64,000 nt of DNA. It comes from Neodothiora populina (Eukaryota). A program made the translations under genes and the position numbers. The notes under the pieces were generated by a model, which was not told the DNA's origin, did no database searches, and saw only the letters and a program-made list of their open reading frames with translations. Positions 1 to 14,178 of this stretch are shown here, in pieces; positions within the stretch are counted from its first letter, which is position 1, and every line of letters begins with the position of its first letter. The stretch covers positions 1,550,001 through 1,614,000 of the forward strand of contig NW_027191405.1 in assembly GCF_041146345.1 (NCBI RefSeq). The letters are read 5' to 3'.

Positions 1-372
1 TGTCCCGTCGAATGTATAGCTGAGCAGCTCTGGGTATCTAAAGTTGATACTCGAGCACCATCGTCTGTGCAAACACAGGAGGCGTGCTCTTACGAGTTTC
101 TGATGACCGTCGTTGTCGAGACCATCTAAGCCCGTGATATATGCATGCATCAGCAAAAACAAAACAAGAGGCATCAAATATCAAATACAGGCCATGTCAA
201 TCACTGCTTTTCTTCAACAAACGCCATTGCATTTTACCTGTGCCCTTTGTCGATCCCTAATCTTATGAGTCTTGCGCCTAAGGGAACGAGGAGAGTGGTC
301 ATTTGCCACTTAGTCCTGTCTGCTTGAAACATTCATATCCCTTCGACCATCTACTAATCATCCTCTCTTCAG

Positions 373-1531
373 GCGTGGCTTTGGACGCCAGTCCAACAAA
401 GGTCCGCAGCAACCTCATCAACAGCAGAACAAGGGCGCTGGCGTCGCTTCTTCCCCTGTCTATCAGACTTCTCCGTCCTTGACCCCGTTATCCTCTCAGC
501 AACTCCCCAACTCCCCCGCCATGTCTTCAACCATGTCATTCGATAGCAACCCTGGCAGTGAAGGCGGCAACCAACACCGCAACCTTCCCTTCTTCTTCCG
601 TGAGAAGTACGCCACATTGATCGTCAAGGGCAACTTCATGACCCTCGCTGCCAAACCCGTCCTCATAGAAGAGGGGGAATGGCTCGCTCATCAAGGTGTG
701 TCTCACTATCCTTTTCTCCTTTTCACTTTCCACCGACAAAATACAGGATGTTGACAGTCGTCACAGTTGTTGAGCAAAACCGTCTATTGGATGGTATGCT
801 CAAGATCATACAAGAGCAGGACCGTAACACCGGCCTCCCCATCTGCAATACTCACTCCTGCCCTGCCATGACGGCCGGCAAGTAAGTGGTGTCCCTCTTG
901 TTCTGCTGCTTCACAACTGACCCAGGTCAACTCCAGCACAACTTACACTTGGCTCAACAACAACAAAGAATCCGTCCGCGTCCCTGCACCTCAATACATC
1001 TCGTACGTGCAGAAGTGGATAACAGGCAAAGTCACGGATCCCTCTCTCTTCCCTACAGAGACTTTCTCCGCCACGACAGCCCCTCCTCCTCTGTCATCTG
1101 CTTCGGCAGACCCCAACGCAACCTGGCTCGGTAAATCGAGCAACTTCCCTCCTAATTTCGGGGCCGATATTCGCAACATCTACCGCCAGATGCTCCGGTG
1201 CTACGCTCATATCTACCACAGCCACTGGATGGAGTTCTGGCACCTGGGCGCTTACAAGGAGTTGAACACCTGCTTCATCCATTTTGTGAATGTGGGCAGA
1301 CTGTTCGGTCTGCTCGGCGACAAGGAGCTGGAGCCCATGATGCCTCTTATCGACATCTGGCTGGAGAAGGGCTGGTTGCCCAGACCCGCTTCAAGTGGCG
1401 GCAGCACCACCAACGCCAGTGCTTCTGCTCCGCAACAACAGCAAAGCAAGAAAGAGAACTTTGGTGATCAGAGTGACAGGAGGGACATGCAGCCGCCTCA
1501 GAGACCTGCGTCATCAACGGGTGGACAGTAG
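373..1531 (+). CDS. MOB2: Mob1/phocein family kinase activator (MOB2-like), 5' exon not located
   Basis: Spliced frame reads RGFGRQS...IVKGNFMTLAAKPVLIEEGEWLAHQ|VVEQNRLL...CPAMTAG|TYTW...QMLRCYAHIYHSHW...LNTCFIHF. GT-AG introns lie at ~696-767 and ~881-937. An acceptor at 372 implies an upstream exon that I could not place. Confidence 0.88.
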
Positions 1532-2260
1532 ATGATTTGGGAAATACTGCGTGGTTGCCCTGCACCTCTTCTGGTCAAGAGGTATCTTGGCGATGTCACG
1601 TAAACAGTCCATATAACCACCACGCCGGCCACCTTGAATGCCACCACGAACGTACTGCCCAGTATGATCGAGGCGAGGAGGGTGTTGGATCAGAAAGGAG
1701 CAAAGCATTTCCTACGTCCATAACATGACGGATGAAGACAGAAGGGAAGTTGCATAAGACGATCCAAGACAAATTACTTCATATGCTGCATGCATGGCCC
1801 AAGGCGTTCATTTTGTTGTGTTTTTCTGATTGCGTTCTGTTCCAATTGGATCCCTCTGTATCTCTAGGATTAGCATTCAAAAGGACGTAGTAGCAACGGA
1901 AATCAAAGAAGAAAAAACACTAGCAATAACCCATGCTTGAGTGCCACATTGAAAGTTTGCATCCACAAAGACTACCTCAACCACTTCAATTATCGTTGTC
2001 CTCGAGGAAGTCGAGCTGCCTGATTTATATTCATCGAGTACATGTGACATGGTTCGAGGTCAGAGCGAAAACAAGGTCAAGACATGACAAAGTCAACACA
2101 AGACGATCACAAACCAAATTAATCCACAATCAAAGCTACACCCTCACAGAAATCACATTCAACAAACCCAATCAGATGCTGAAAGCAAAAAAATCCATAC
2201 GAAAAATTGTATATGTATATAAAAGAGCATATGGAAACATGATATGCAGTAACTGGGATG

Positions 2261-2294
2261 TTTTTTGTTTTTGTTTTTGTTTTTGTTTTTGTTT
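2261..2294. repeat. (TTTTTG)n microsatellite
   Basis: About 5 tandem TTTTTG units between the convergent MOB2 and ARF1 3' ends. Confidence 0.9.
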
Positions 2295-2895
2295 CGAATG
2301 AGATTTTTGGAACGCATGGATGCAGACGGGCAGACAGCAGCACTCCAAAGATAAGCAGAGCGATTGAAGTAAAAGTAATGGGGACGATAAATGCATCTTG
2401 TGGTCTCTTTCCACACACTGGCTTCAGACAATCGGTTCAGTGGTAAGCGTCGTATTGTTGTTGTTGATGTTGTTGTTGTTCGCTTTTTTCTGTCGGCCAT
2501 TGAAAGGCAAAGTTGACATGATCTTATTTTCTTCACTATCTCTTATCAAGCCTCTTATCATCTTTCCGGTTTTTGAGCTTTCCCTTCCATACTTGGATGG
2601 CATTGAGAAGCAATGTGCGCATGACTGTAGAGTCAAAAAAGTATTTCATTCTTCAATAAAGGATACACATTTGGGGGCGGGGAGGCGGACTTGGAACCGA
2701 CTTTCGATGACAGTACGATTCAAGAAGGGTTTTATAAGGTAGGAGGTAGAGACATGAGAGAGGTATGTTATCTGGAAGAGGAGCAGGGCCAAAAAAGAGT
2801 AAGAGAAAAAGAGAAAGGAAACCAAATCGTGGTATTTGAAACAACTGCTGACGTGATTGAATCGGTGATCGATGGGTTTTGCGATTTTTCTTCTT

Positions 2896-3686
<791 letters not shown>

Positions 3687-5230
3687 TTATTGGGTATGTG
3701 ATGAGAGGATTATGGAGCTTGAAAGTGTCGCAATATAAAGCGGGCAGTCTGCAACGTCGAATCAGATGTTAGCGGGCAGTCAATGATGCTCTGGCTTACA
3801 TGCGCTCTGGATTGTAGCTCGAAGCACGGAGTTATAAGACATGTTCGCTCGCGTCAGGCAGACGCTTAGATTGGAAGGAAGCGCAACTTGTCCACAATAA
3901 TGATCGTGTAAAGCGCGTGCGCAGGCACAACAATGCTGCAAGTAAACATAGCTGCTGCCTCTAATGATTGCAAGTGGGATTCCAAAATGGATGAAAACAG
4001 CTGTGACTTACGATTTCGTTACACTGGCCTTTGGTGGTATTGAGATGGAGAATTGTTTGGACAGGAGGTCAACAGCAGCGCAGTCAGTGAAGCCCAGACG
4101 TTGACACTCTGGCCAAGGCGATGAGGAGCATCACGTGCCCGATGGGCGTCTGATCCCTTTCCCTTGATTTTTGATTCGCGTCGTTCTCGTTTCGGTGAAC
4201 TCCACCTTGCTGTGATACAGTACTTGTCTCCCCCTTCTCCGCAATTCTGCCAGCTTTGGTCTTCTCCTATTATTGTCGTGGCATTGATTACACGTCAATA
4301 TTACTACTACAGTACTTCTACCGTTCCGAGCCTATGTTGTACAGCTGCCTGCTACTGGTGTCTTGAAAAAGGCCCCAGGATTCTCGCGGTTTGCCCCTTT
4401 CGTCGCACCTTCCAACAAATCAGACATCTTCTCCCCACTGTTTGTACCCGTACTTGTGTATTGTTTTGTACATATCTCTTGGCGTCATCTCCTATTTCAG
4501 CGCTGTCGATCCACTTCTCCTAAAGGCTTCTGCCAGATACTCCGTATACTTGTGCTTGTGCTATAAATACCCCAAACGTCTTGCAACGACCATCTTGAAG
4601 GGTTGATAGCTATTCTCGGGCTTGAACTTCAATTGTCATCATCGCTATGACACTCAGAGCAAATCGCAGCTGTTGCGTGCGAGAGTTCGAACAACTTGAG
4701 CTGTGTACAGGGCAAGAGTGGCAAGGCAATGTCAATATTTAAGTAAAGTGCAAAGTAGATATAGAATTTCACATCGTTCTGTGCTTTGAAAATGCTATCC
4801 ATACTACGCCTGGGTTTTCGCACTATTCAAAGGTTTCGTCATTCGAGTATCGGAGGGAGTTGCACTGCTGTCACTCGTCCGATCCAGAAAATATGACCCG
4901 AAGCCCGAACTTCACAGCTGAGCCAATTGCCGTCTGTGAGACTCTCGTGAGAACGGTCCGATGATGCTTCGTCTCTTGTTAACCAACCTTCTTCGCAACG
5001 TGAGTCTAGCCATCGACAGCAGAGTAAAGTGTCGTCACGTATCTTGTTCTCGTTGTCTTTCCCAGGAACGCATTCTCCAGAACAGGTTCTCAAGACGATT
5101 GCCACCTACCCTGTTTTCATCTTGGTGCTTGCGGAGGCAGACGACTCTAAAGACTGGCACGATGCCTGCTCTGACCTCATGTTGTTGTAGGCTGCAAGTC
5201 TCGCGGGCTTGTGCAAGGCTTGTGTGAACA

Positions 5231-6033
5231 TCAACCCTGGACCTTCAAAGATTTGACACCTTCGAGGAAGTCCACACCATCGTCCTCCTCCTCGTCCGCC
5301 ATCCTTGTAGCGATACCCTTGACCCAGAGCTCCCTGCCAGTCATCTTTTTCTCCTCTTTAGGCCCTCTCTTCTTCTTTTCCTCCAGTTCCCTCTGCTCCT
5401 CGGCTTTGCGTTTTAGTTCAGCCATCTCCTCCTTAAACTTGGCGCTCCATGCGAGGTAAGTCTCTGGTGTGACCTTTGTGCCCTCGAATTTTCTGTTTTC
5501 TTCTGCTTCTGCGGCCGCGGCCTCCATTTCGTGTATAGCCTCGACTGCTTTCTGTCGCTCACTGATGAGAAGTTCGGCGGCATCTTTTAGTGTCGTCACT
5601 AACGTGAAGACCATAGCCATGCCGAGGTTCTCTTCTATCGTGGGCTCAAGCACCTCTAGTAAGCGAGCCTTGTCCTGTTGGATGTCCAGGTGGGGGTATT
5701 TGGGCGCATTCGGAGGATATGATATATCGAGTCGTGGGGCTTCATCTGGGTAGTTTTCTGGGTATTGAACTTGGAGAAGAATCGTTGCTGGGCGTCGTTA
5801 GTATATGTCAACCACTGAGAGATTCTTTTCTACTCACGTGGCTCTTCTTCGGACTCCTCTTCTATGTGCACTTCTAACTCGATCGCTACTCTATACTCTG
5901 TCTCGGAGATATCTTTAGGAGGTCAGCATGGTCAGAAGCAATGTATCGAGTCATCTCGATTATTACCTGTGATTTCTTCTGGGAATATGGAATCGAGAAC
6001 TTCTCTCTCTTCCTGCTGTTCTTCTTTGCCCAT
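5231..6033 (-). CDS. GIR2: RWD domain protein, Gir2/DFRP2-like
   Basis: MGKEEQQEEREVLDSIFPEEIT start, YPENYPDEAP RWD motif, ENLGMAMVFTL, FEGTKVTPETYLAW and KMTGRELW C-terminal motifs. Two introns. Confidence 0.88.
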
Positions 6034-7675
6034 TCTGCTTTGACTTGTCTGTAAAAGACAAGTTCAGTCGAACGTACAAGGCAGAGATGTAAGTGTATAG
6101 GTATTGTTCTTAGCTCCACTCGGTCACTTTAAGTTGAACCTCATATATCGAAGCCCACTATCTTGCTTAAAGCTGGCGCTTGTGACGAAAGTTCGGAGGT
6201 GGTGCTCATTCTCCGCATTTGGCTCGTCGGGCAAAACCCCTCTATCGCTGCGCCCCACCATCTTGTCCAACTCTAGCTACAGACTGGCTGTATGATATTA
6301 TTGTGTAGCACATTCTCATCACTAATGACCGCGCTTCTGCGTGCTGATGGTTATCTCACAGCATCTTCATGTTCATTTACAACCATCGACGGCAGTTTCA
6401 AGACGGTATGTCTTGCACGGAAAGCCTTGCTCTGGAGGGGTTTGCAACAGAGGTACTGTAAGTGAAGTGAGGTTAAGAGCAGCTTATATTGTTGGCTCTT
6501 GCTACCGGTAGGCAGAAGTAGCCTTCAGAGACGCGCTGCCTGCGTTGTTGCTCCCTTGTTGAAATGTACACCTTACCACCTGTAGAATTGGCTCTACTGT
6601 GCCAGGTCATACCCACCTTAGCGGTCGTTCATCTACCTCTGTTGCACGATTGAAGGACGATTGTGTCAGAGGTTCTATCACCCTCTGGCGGCCAACTTAT
6701 TCAGAGATTCCAAATCTTCTGGTCCACTATCACGCAGCAGGCACATTCCGTACAGATGTGCATTGATACACGAAGTCGTCGTTGATAGTGACCACAGCAC
6801 TGCTGATACCACATGTCTGGTGCAGACTTCCTTGCGGGACCCATCTGGGATACGAATACCACAGCTCAGGAAACAACAACACTGATAATTCTTCAATAGT
6901 TTGAGTCTATGGCGATGAGGATAACAGGAATTGCCAATGTTATGAGGTTATGCGGATGTAGTAGTACCCCATGAAACAAAGGATCTGCCAACAATGCTGG
7001 AATCCAGCCGTGGTCATTCCAACCGTGTCGACGCACCTATATCGATTATCTGCAAGAAAAACTGAGTCAAAATACAAATCAAGCGACCGTGGCAATTAGG
7101 CGACCTGATCCTGTAGGCTGCCCTAAACGACTTTGCACGTATGAGATCCTCACTTGCGGGTTGGTCTTTGCCCACCTTTACCACCTACGCAATGAATATA
7201 CACCCTAGCCCTTGTCGATGAGCTGCGTTCAGTAGCAACTTGGATCTCGCGCAGTATTGACACGAGCTGTCTGCAAGTTCTGTAAGTGGCGCCTCGTGTA
7301 GATATGTCAGGTTAGCCTCATTTCTGCACATATATTCGGCAATCCAAAGCGGCAAGTTGTAAGTCCATATCGATCCTCGGGAAGGCTGAATGGTCATTCC
7401 TGATCATACAGCTCTGGTAAGCATGATTTTCTATAATGTCTAACGTGTACTTCATTTGCAAAAGAAACACAGTTTGGAACCCGCTTCATGCCGACCCCGC
7501 GTTTCCCCACCTTTTCCCCCAGATCAACCCGCTTGTCTACATGCATACTGAACGAATATCCATAAACTGTAGATCGCAAGCGACGTCCGTATATGATGGT
7601 CATGTATAAATACATCGCAGCGTTTTCAGCCATGGACGAGATCAATTGCACTCGCAGTGACATTGATCCTACGCC

Positions 7676-10449
7676 ATGGTTCAATTCAATGGCAAGCTCC
7701 TCGCCGTGGCATGCTTGTCTGCTTGTGTGCTGGCTGAAGACCTGAATGCATCCTCGGCTGTTGAATGGAGGACAAGCAGTGCACGTGTGAATGCTCTTAT
7801 TGAGCAATTGACAGGAGAAGAAAAGGTCACTCTTGTTACCGGTCACCTGAATCCTGGCAATCAGAATCAAGCTGGTTATGTGGCTCCAGTGCCTCGCTCC
7901 AACATTCCTGCGGTTCAATTGAGTGATGGCGAAGCGTAAGTGTGGCTGAGATTACAATGCTATTTTGAATATATTGACATTGGCTTGAAGTGGTATCAAT
8001 GTTGTGGTGAATGCCATTGCACCTCCGAATCAACTCAATATTGCCGCAACCTGGTCAAAGGCCGCGGCCTACAACGACGGCGTGATTACAGGTCGTGATG
8101 CAGCTCTACTGAATATGAGTAGGTGAAGTTCTGAGCGGCTGTATCATGAAATGCTGATATTATCCAGCTGTGGCTTTGGCTCCGCGTGTGAACATCCTTC
8201 GAGATCCGGTCGAGGGCAATCTCTGGCAAAGCTATAGCGAGGACCCTTTCTTGAATGGAGCGCTTGGTGTTGCGGCAATGAATGGTATCCAGAGCCAAGG
8301 GACCATGGCGAATTCTAAACAGATCGGACCTAGTAGTACTGGTGCCAGCTCTGGAGATCTAAACTCAATTGTTGATTTGCAGACACCCTACGAGGTATAC
8401 TGGGCTCCCCATGGAGAGCTTATAGATGCGGGAGTTGCTACGTTGATGTGCTCATATTCAAAGGTAATTAGGAAACATTATCGTATCCTTCAAGTCAGTT
8501 GCACTAACCACATCCTCTAGGTCAACGGAGTTCAGGCTTGTCAGTACCAAGAAATCAGCAACTTTGTGAGATCGGTGCATAACTTCACGGGCATCATGAT
8601 GTCGGATTGGGGTGCTACTCATTCCACTGCACCATCGATCGAGGCAAGTATGGATTGGGAGATGCCCTTTGGCACTTTCTACGGGCAGGCGCTATACAAT
8701 GATATCTACACATATGGCAATCTCTCTGAGACATACCTTGACAGAGCAGTCGGGCATATACTGCAGACCTACGAAGCATACGGTCTGCTGGACAAGACTG
8801 CGACCTCCATGTTACTTGACACAGGATCACTGAGTGCTGATGTCGAGACGACGGATGCTAATCTTGCTTACGATATTGCTGTCCGCTCTGGCATTCTTTT
8901 GAAAAATAAAGGGGCCTTGCCCATCTCGAATGATGCCTCCATCGCGGTGATTGGACCCAACGGTCTGCAGTACACCTCTGGTACGAACTTTGCAGAGAGA
9001 GCATTTGGATGTCCAGACCGTCGTATCAGCTCCCTCGTAGCTCTCGAGCAACGCAAAGGTGGCGCAAGTATACCATCCGCCGTTGGGATCGATCTCGAGG
9101 GCACTGTGATCCCTTCGAGCGCATTGATCAGTCTCAATGGCACATCAGGTCTCTCCAGAAACGATTCATTTGGGTTCACCGTCATAGATCAAGAGGTCGA
9201 TTCCGATGGGCTAGACCAATTGCCCGCGAACAGATCCTACACTTGGCAAGGCTTCATCCGTACCAACACTTCTGGGCTCTACCGTCTCTCTCTTCAAAGG
9301 GAGTTTTCCCTTCTGAACAACGGTAACAACAATAGCGACTATCACAATATCTTCAGCGTTGGATCTCTCGGCGTCAACGGCTCTCGTATAGCAAACGGAT
9401 ACCGCATATTCGGTGATGGTGGCATCAGGCCCTGGAGTTATTCCATCACTACTCGTGCTGGATGGGACAACATCGCCGCGACTGTTTATCTATCCGCTGG
9501 TGTGCACAACATCAGCTTCGGGATCGTGGGCGTGATCCAGCAACCAGCATCGGTGCGTCTCTGCTGGGTTACCCCTGAACAACGTGAAGCAGACATCACA
9601 ACTGCAGTCGACTTGGCCAAGACTGTAGACACACCCATAGTCTTCGCGTTCGCTCAATCGCCTGCGGCACAGGCCTTGACTCTCGACGCGTACATGGACG
9701 AGCTAGTCACATGAGTCACTTCCGCGAACGCCAACACAGTCGTCATCCTCAACAATGCAGAGCCAGTCTTGATGCCTTGGTTATCTTCTGCAGCCGCAGT
9801 GCTCGAGATGATATACCCCGGACAAGAACAAGGACACGCAACGGCGGATCTCCTCCTCGGCAATGCGAATCCCCAAGGTCGACTCCCTGTCACCTACCCA
9901 GCAAGTCTCAATTCGTCGCTGACCAGAAACCCCACCTATCCCGAGCGAGTCGCCACCGCGGATGGCAACGCCACTTTTTCCGAAGGATTGAACGTCGGGT
10001 ATAGATGGTATTACTACACCAACACTTCTGTCCTTTTCCCATTCGGGTATGGGCTGAGCTATACCTCGTTCGAGTACAGCGACATTGAGCTGTCGGGATG
10101 CGACGTCCACAACACCACTTCAAGCGACTCACTTTTCACCATTTCCCTCATCATCACCAACACAGGTTCAAGAAACGGAGTCGAGATTCCCCAGATCTAT
10201 ATCCTGCCTCCAACAGACGCAGGTTCAGCATACCCGACCGCGCAGTTCGCTGCTATCAAGCTCGTCGGGTTCGACTATGTCGAGCTGGAGGCTGGTCAGA
10301 GCAAGACCGTCGAGATTGGGGTCCCGAGACGGCAGATAGAGTTTTTCGACGTGGAGAGTAGAGAGTGGGTTCTCGCGAGGGGTGAGAGGGAGATTCTTGT
10401 CGCAAAGAATGTGGAACAGGTCGTGCTTAAGGGGTTTGTTGTCGTTTGA
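7676..10449 (+). pseudogene. Secreted glycoside hydrolase family 3 (beta-glucosidase-like; PA14-like insert and FN3-like C-terminus) with an in-frame TGA at 9712-9714
   Basis: Signal peptide, LTGEEKV, LMCSYSKVNG, MSDWGATHS nucleophile motif, YPGQEQG, NPQGRLPVTYP, EGLNVGYRWY and FPFGYGLSYTSF. Three GT-AG introns. The frame continues directly across the TGA (ELVT*VTSANANTVVILN). Confidence 0.85.
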
Positions 10450-10757
10450 TTTGTTGTACTTTTGTCCTCTTACATTGTGGAGTGGAGGGAGACTGTATCA
10501 ATGAAAACGAAGTCGATGACATGAAATTCGAAAGCCAAATGTAGTCATTGAACTGTGACCTTTTGTGTTTTTTCTTATTCTGGTGATTTTGTTTCTCCCA
10601 GGGGGTATCAATCTTTCTCTCCGTCTTGCATGCGCAAGCAAGTCTTGAGCCTCCTCCACGAGACCAGACGACGCATCTTTGACTCTGAACTTGCACGCAA
10701 ATTACAACATCCACACTCTGCCCCTTCCCTCCACTCTCTCAGAGCTCTCCACCCCCT

Positions 10758-11932
10758 CTACAAATTGCCCGCAAGCCCCAACACCTTAACGCCCCCCGGA
10801 TCACCCGCATACGCCAACCAATACCTCAACGGATGCCACGCAACAGTATTGACAACCCCCAGCGTCTCAAAGCGATGCACATACTCGCCCGTCTGCGCAC
10901 ACGCGACCTCGAGCCCCTTCTCGCCATCTTTATCCGGGCCGTGCGCGCCCACGACGTAGGTGCCGTCGAAGGAAAAGGAGACGCAGTGCACGCCGCCGGT
11001 CAGGGCCGACAGCGTGTGTTTGCAGACCCAGTCGTGCGTGTCCCAGAGGGTTATCAGGCTGTCGCCGCCGCCGACGGCGAGGAAGGAGCCGTTTGGCGAC
11101 GGGGACAGGGAATAGGCGGCGCTTGTGTGCGCGTGGAGGGTGTGGATATGGGTCTAGGGACTGAGAGTTAGTTTTGTGGTTCTGGCATGCGGGAGAGAAC
11201 AGAGGAGGGGAGGTGCGCTGTGCTGTGCCTTACCATGCTGGGCCAATCAAGCACCTTGACTGTGCCCTCGGACGTCGTGACGAAGAGCTCGCGGCCGGAA
11301 TTACTGAACGCGCACTGGTTCGTCTGTCCACTGCTCAGTTTTCCCTTCTCGTGCACGTCCAGCCCTTCGATCGCGCTCGTGGCCCCGTCGGACGAGACGC
11401 CCTTCCTGACGTCGACGACAACAATCACGTCGTCGCGCCTGCCGACAACCATCTGGTTTCCGTCCGGATGCCAAGTCAGAAACAAGCCTGCGTCTCCGAT
11501 CTTGACATCTTGCACACAGCTGCTTCTGCCCGCACTACTGCCCGCCGCCGCATAAGGCGACGCAGAAGACGACGACCCGCCCGCCGCCCCAGGACCAACT
11601 CTCACATCCCACAACCGCACGGTGCCGTCCTGCCCCGTACTAGCCAGCTCGCCCTCGCGCGTAGGGTTCCACTCCACCCTCTCGACGCTCCCCGTGTGTC
11701 CAGCCAGGTCCTGACTGCTTTTGACGTTCGGCCGGTCAGGGTTCCAGATGCGGATTTTAGAGCCTGTCGTCGTCGACAACGCGGCGCCTGTTGGCGACCA
11801 TGACAGCGCGCGGATGTGTGGCGGGATTGAAGACGGCCGTGTGGTTTCGGAGAAGAGGATGGGCTTTTGCGACGTGAAGGCGCGGCTGAAGGCGTCTTTT
11901 TTTAGGGGTTTTGAACGCGCTGGTGCGGGCAT
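10758..11932 (-). CDS. TEX1: WD40 repeat protein, THO/TREX subunit THOC3/Tex1-like
   Basis: WD repeats (IRALSWSPTG, GHTGSVERVEWNP, DGTVRLWDVR, LITLWDTHDWVC, SFSFDGTYV, VAWHPLRYWLAYAGD). One intron at ~11155-11233. Confidence 0.8.
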
Positions 11933-12663
11933 TCTGTGTGGGGCTTGTGCTGTGTGAGAATTTGTATGCGCGGGAGTGCTGGAGAGTTTTCGTCGTCTTC
12001 AGACGAAATGGGTGTTATGTACGAGTAGGTGGAATCGCAGATCCTCGCTGCTGCTCGTGATGCTGTGGAAGTTGAGGTGCCGCTGGACAGAAGATTGCTA
12101 TCTCGAATTGGTTTGTGTGTGCTGCTGTTGTGGTTCTGTAGAGCGTCCTGGACCTGGAAAGTGAGATGATTAAAGTGACCTAAAGATGGGCGGATCAATG
12201 CTTGTATGACAAGTTACACAGTCTCGATGTATCCATTGTCACATAGCTGTATAGCGGAGTGCCAAGGCTTGATGTTGGAGTCCGCTGCAGCTCACGACTA
12301 CTGCCAAGATCTCCGCTGGTATTTACTTCTGAGCGGAATTTGGACAAATGCAGTCGCAGCTGACGAAACCAATGGTGCAAGAACTCAGCCACGTGGTGTT
12401 GACATACTTACAGATGAGCTGATGCAGATCAGAAGGCGCTATGGTTTCCAGCATGGCATAAAACTGGCAAGGTCTGTATTGGTGGCTGTCGGAATAGGAA
12501 GTGAAGGTGTGTTCAATAGCAGAACACGATTAGATACATTTCCTTACGTCTAGGGACGGACTATGAACACAGAAGAGATTGCGTGAGAAGAAGCAAGGCT
12601 CACACACGTCAGCCATATGCCTCTCGTCTTCATCGTAACGATATCACGAGCGAGCATCCAGCA

Positions 12664-14178
12664 TCATCGACACCACATCAATAGCTCTCCAGCTATCCTC
12701 ATCGTCAGCAATGCCCAAAGCCAGTTATATGAGAAAATACAAGCTGCAGCCTTCGAACCAGCCACCTCTGTAGCTTCACTAGACGCTGCTGCACTAGTGT
12801 CACTTCCCTCTGACACCACTGACGGTGGAACACCAACAACAGTGAATGTTGTGACGCTGACAACGGTAGTGACAACGGTGATGGATGGCAAACTAGCTGC
12901 AAATGAGTCGACATCACTAGAAAAAGCCGATTTTGTTGGAGTGATGTGCAAAGTCTGCGTCTTTGTATGCACCTCCGTCGTAGGTATACTAGTGAGCGAC
13001 CACAGTGAGGTCACTTGAGTAAGTGAGGTAGAAGAGAGTGATGGAGCTGGTATTGGCGGCTCATATGGTGACTGCAATGAGGACGTAAATATGCTAATGA
13101 AGCTTCCTGCGAGTGTACCAAGAAGTGAGGTGGTTGTCGGTGAGGGATCTGATAGCGGCACAGACCCGGTGTTACCACTTATACTTGGAGGAGATGCGCT
13201 GATGGCGGGCTCATTTGTTCGAGTTGAACTCTCTGATTTGACCAATGTAGTCAACACAGTGGAAGATGAAACTATAATCAATCCTGATGACGACGATAAT
13301 TCTAGCAAAGTGCTTGAGCCAAGTGCACCTTCTGATGTACCAGACTCGATCAAGCTGGTTGCGTCAATGGACAGGGTCGGTCTACTGGTGAACGCCGCAG
13401 ACGAAGACGGCGCTACGATCGTCCAGCTTGACAAGATTGATTCGGAAGATTCAGCGATACTAAGTATACTTGTAGGAGTGTGTAGTTCGGTCGAGCCATA
13501 AGGGACTGTCCCAGCGATTGATCCTGCTGATACTGATGGACCGATCAATCCAGACGAAGTGGTTGTGATAGACGACTCTCCTTGGGTTGACGATGAACAA
13601 GATGCCGAAAGTGTTCCTGAAATGGGTTCTGCTGCAGGAAGAGTACGACCCGAAGTCATCGTTCGTGTGATGGGCACGGGTACAGATTGACCATCAGCAC
13701 TTGCTTCCGTGAAATACAGTCCACTCGAGGTCCTTGTCACATACACATCAGAGAACACCGTACTATTCTCATGGACAGTCATGGTCATGGTGATCTGCAA
13801 AGTGTCGCTGTCGCCCTCGATTCCATCATTCGAGGCCGAAGTGTTGTCTGTTGGCCATGCTATCAAGCGGTCTGCCGCAAATGAGGTATTCGTCGACAAA
13901 GTCCCTGGCGGGGCATATCTGAATTCGTTGCGTGGAGGCACCGGTGATGCTGGTATGATTGAAGGAAGGGAGTGGCTGGCAATAGAGCAAGCATGAAGCT
14001 CAGAAGCTGTGGCTATGCTATAGCCCATGAGGGAGACCAGCAGTGCTGAGGCCGAGCCAGTTCTAGGCGACGCGAATGAGCCTGTAATACTCGCATGAAA
14101 AGAGCCTTTCTGCAGAGACTCGGCATTTGACAATCCGATCAATAAACACAAAATAGTGAAGAAAGAATATGATGGCAT
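12664..14178 (-). CDS. Ser/Thr-rich secreted, probably GPI-anchored cell-surface protein
   Basis: Long intronless ORF. Signal peptide-like MPSYSFFTILCLLIGLSNA, very S/T-rich body, small-residue stretch followed by a hydrophobic C-terminus. Confidence 0.65.
   Translation of the reverse strand: MPSYSFFTILCLLIGLSNAESLQKGSFHASITGSFASPRTGSASALLVSLMGYSIATASELHACSIASHSLPSIIPASPVPPRNEFRYAPPGTLSTNTSFAADRLIAWPTDNTSASNDGIEGDSDTLQITMTMTVHENSTVFSDVYVTRTSSGLYFTEASADGQSVPVPITRTMTSGRTLPAAEPISGTLSASCSSSTQGESSITTTSSGLIGPSVSAGSIAGTVPYGSTELHTPTSILSIAESSESILSSWTIVAPSSSAAFTSRPTLSIDATSLIESGTSEGALGSSTLLELSSSSGLIIVSSSTVLTTLVKSESSTRTNEPAISASPPSISGNTGSVPLSDPSPTTTSLLGTLAGSFISIFTSSLQSPYEPPIPAPSLSSTSLTQVTSLWSLTSIPTTEVHTKTQTLHITPTKSAFSSDVDSFAASLPSITVVTTVVSVTTFTVVGVPPSVVSEGSDTSAAASSEATEVAGSKAAACIFSYNWLWALLTMRIAGELLMWCR

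Noticed and set aside
2119..2742. Several short ORFs with KTKTK/QKQKQ/NNNN runs
   Set aside because: Artefacts of microsatellites in 3' UTR/intergenic DNA.
4100..5230. Possible ncRNA/snoRNA between ARF1 and GIR2 (ATGATG and CTGA words)
   Set aside because: No convincing terminal stem or rRNA guide seen; it would need an Rfam/Infernal scan.
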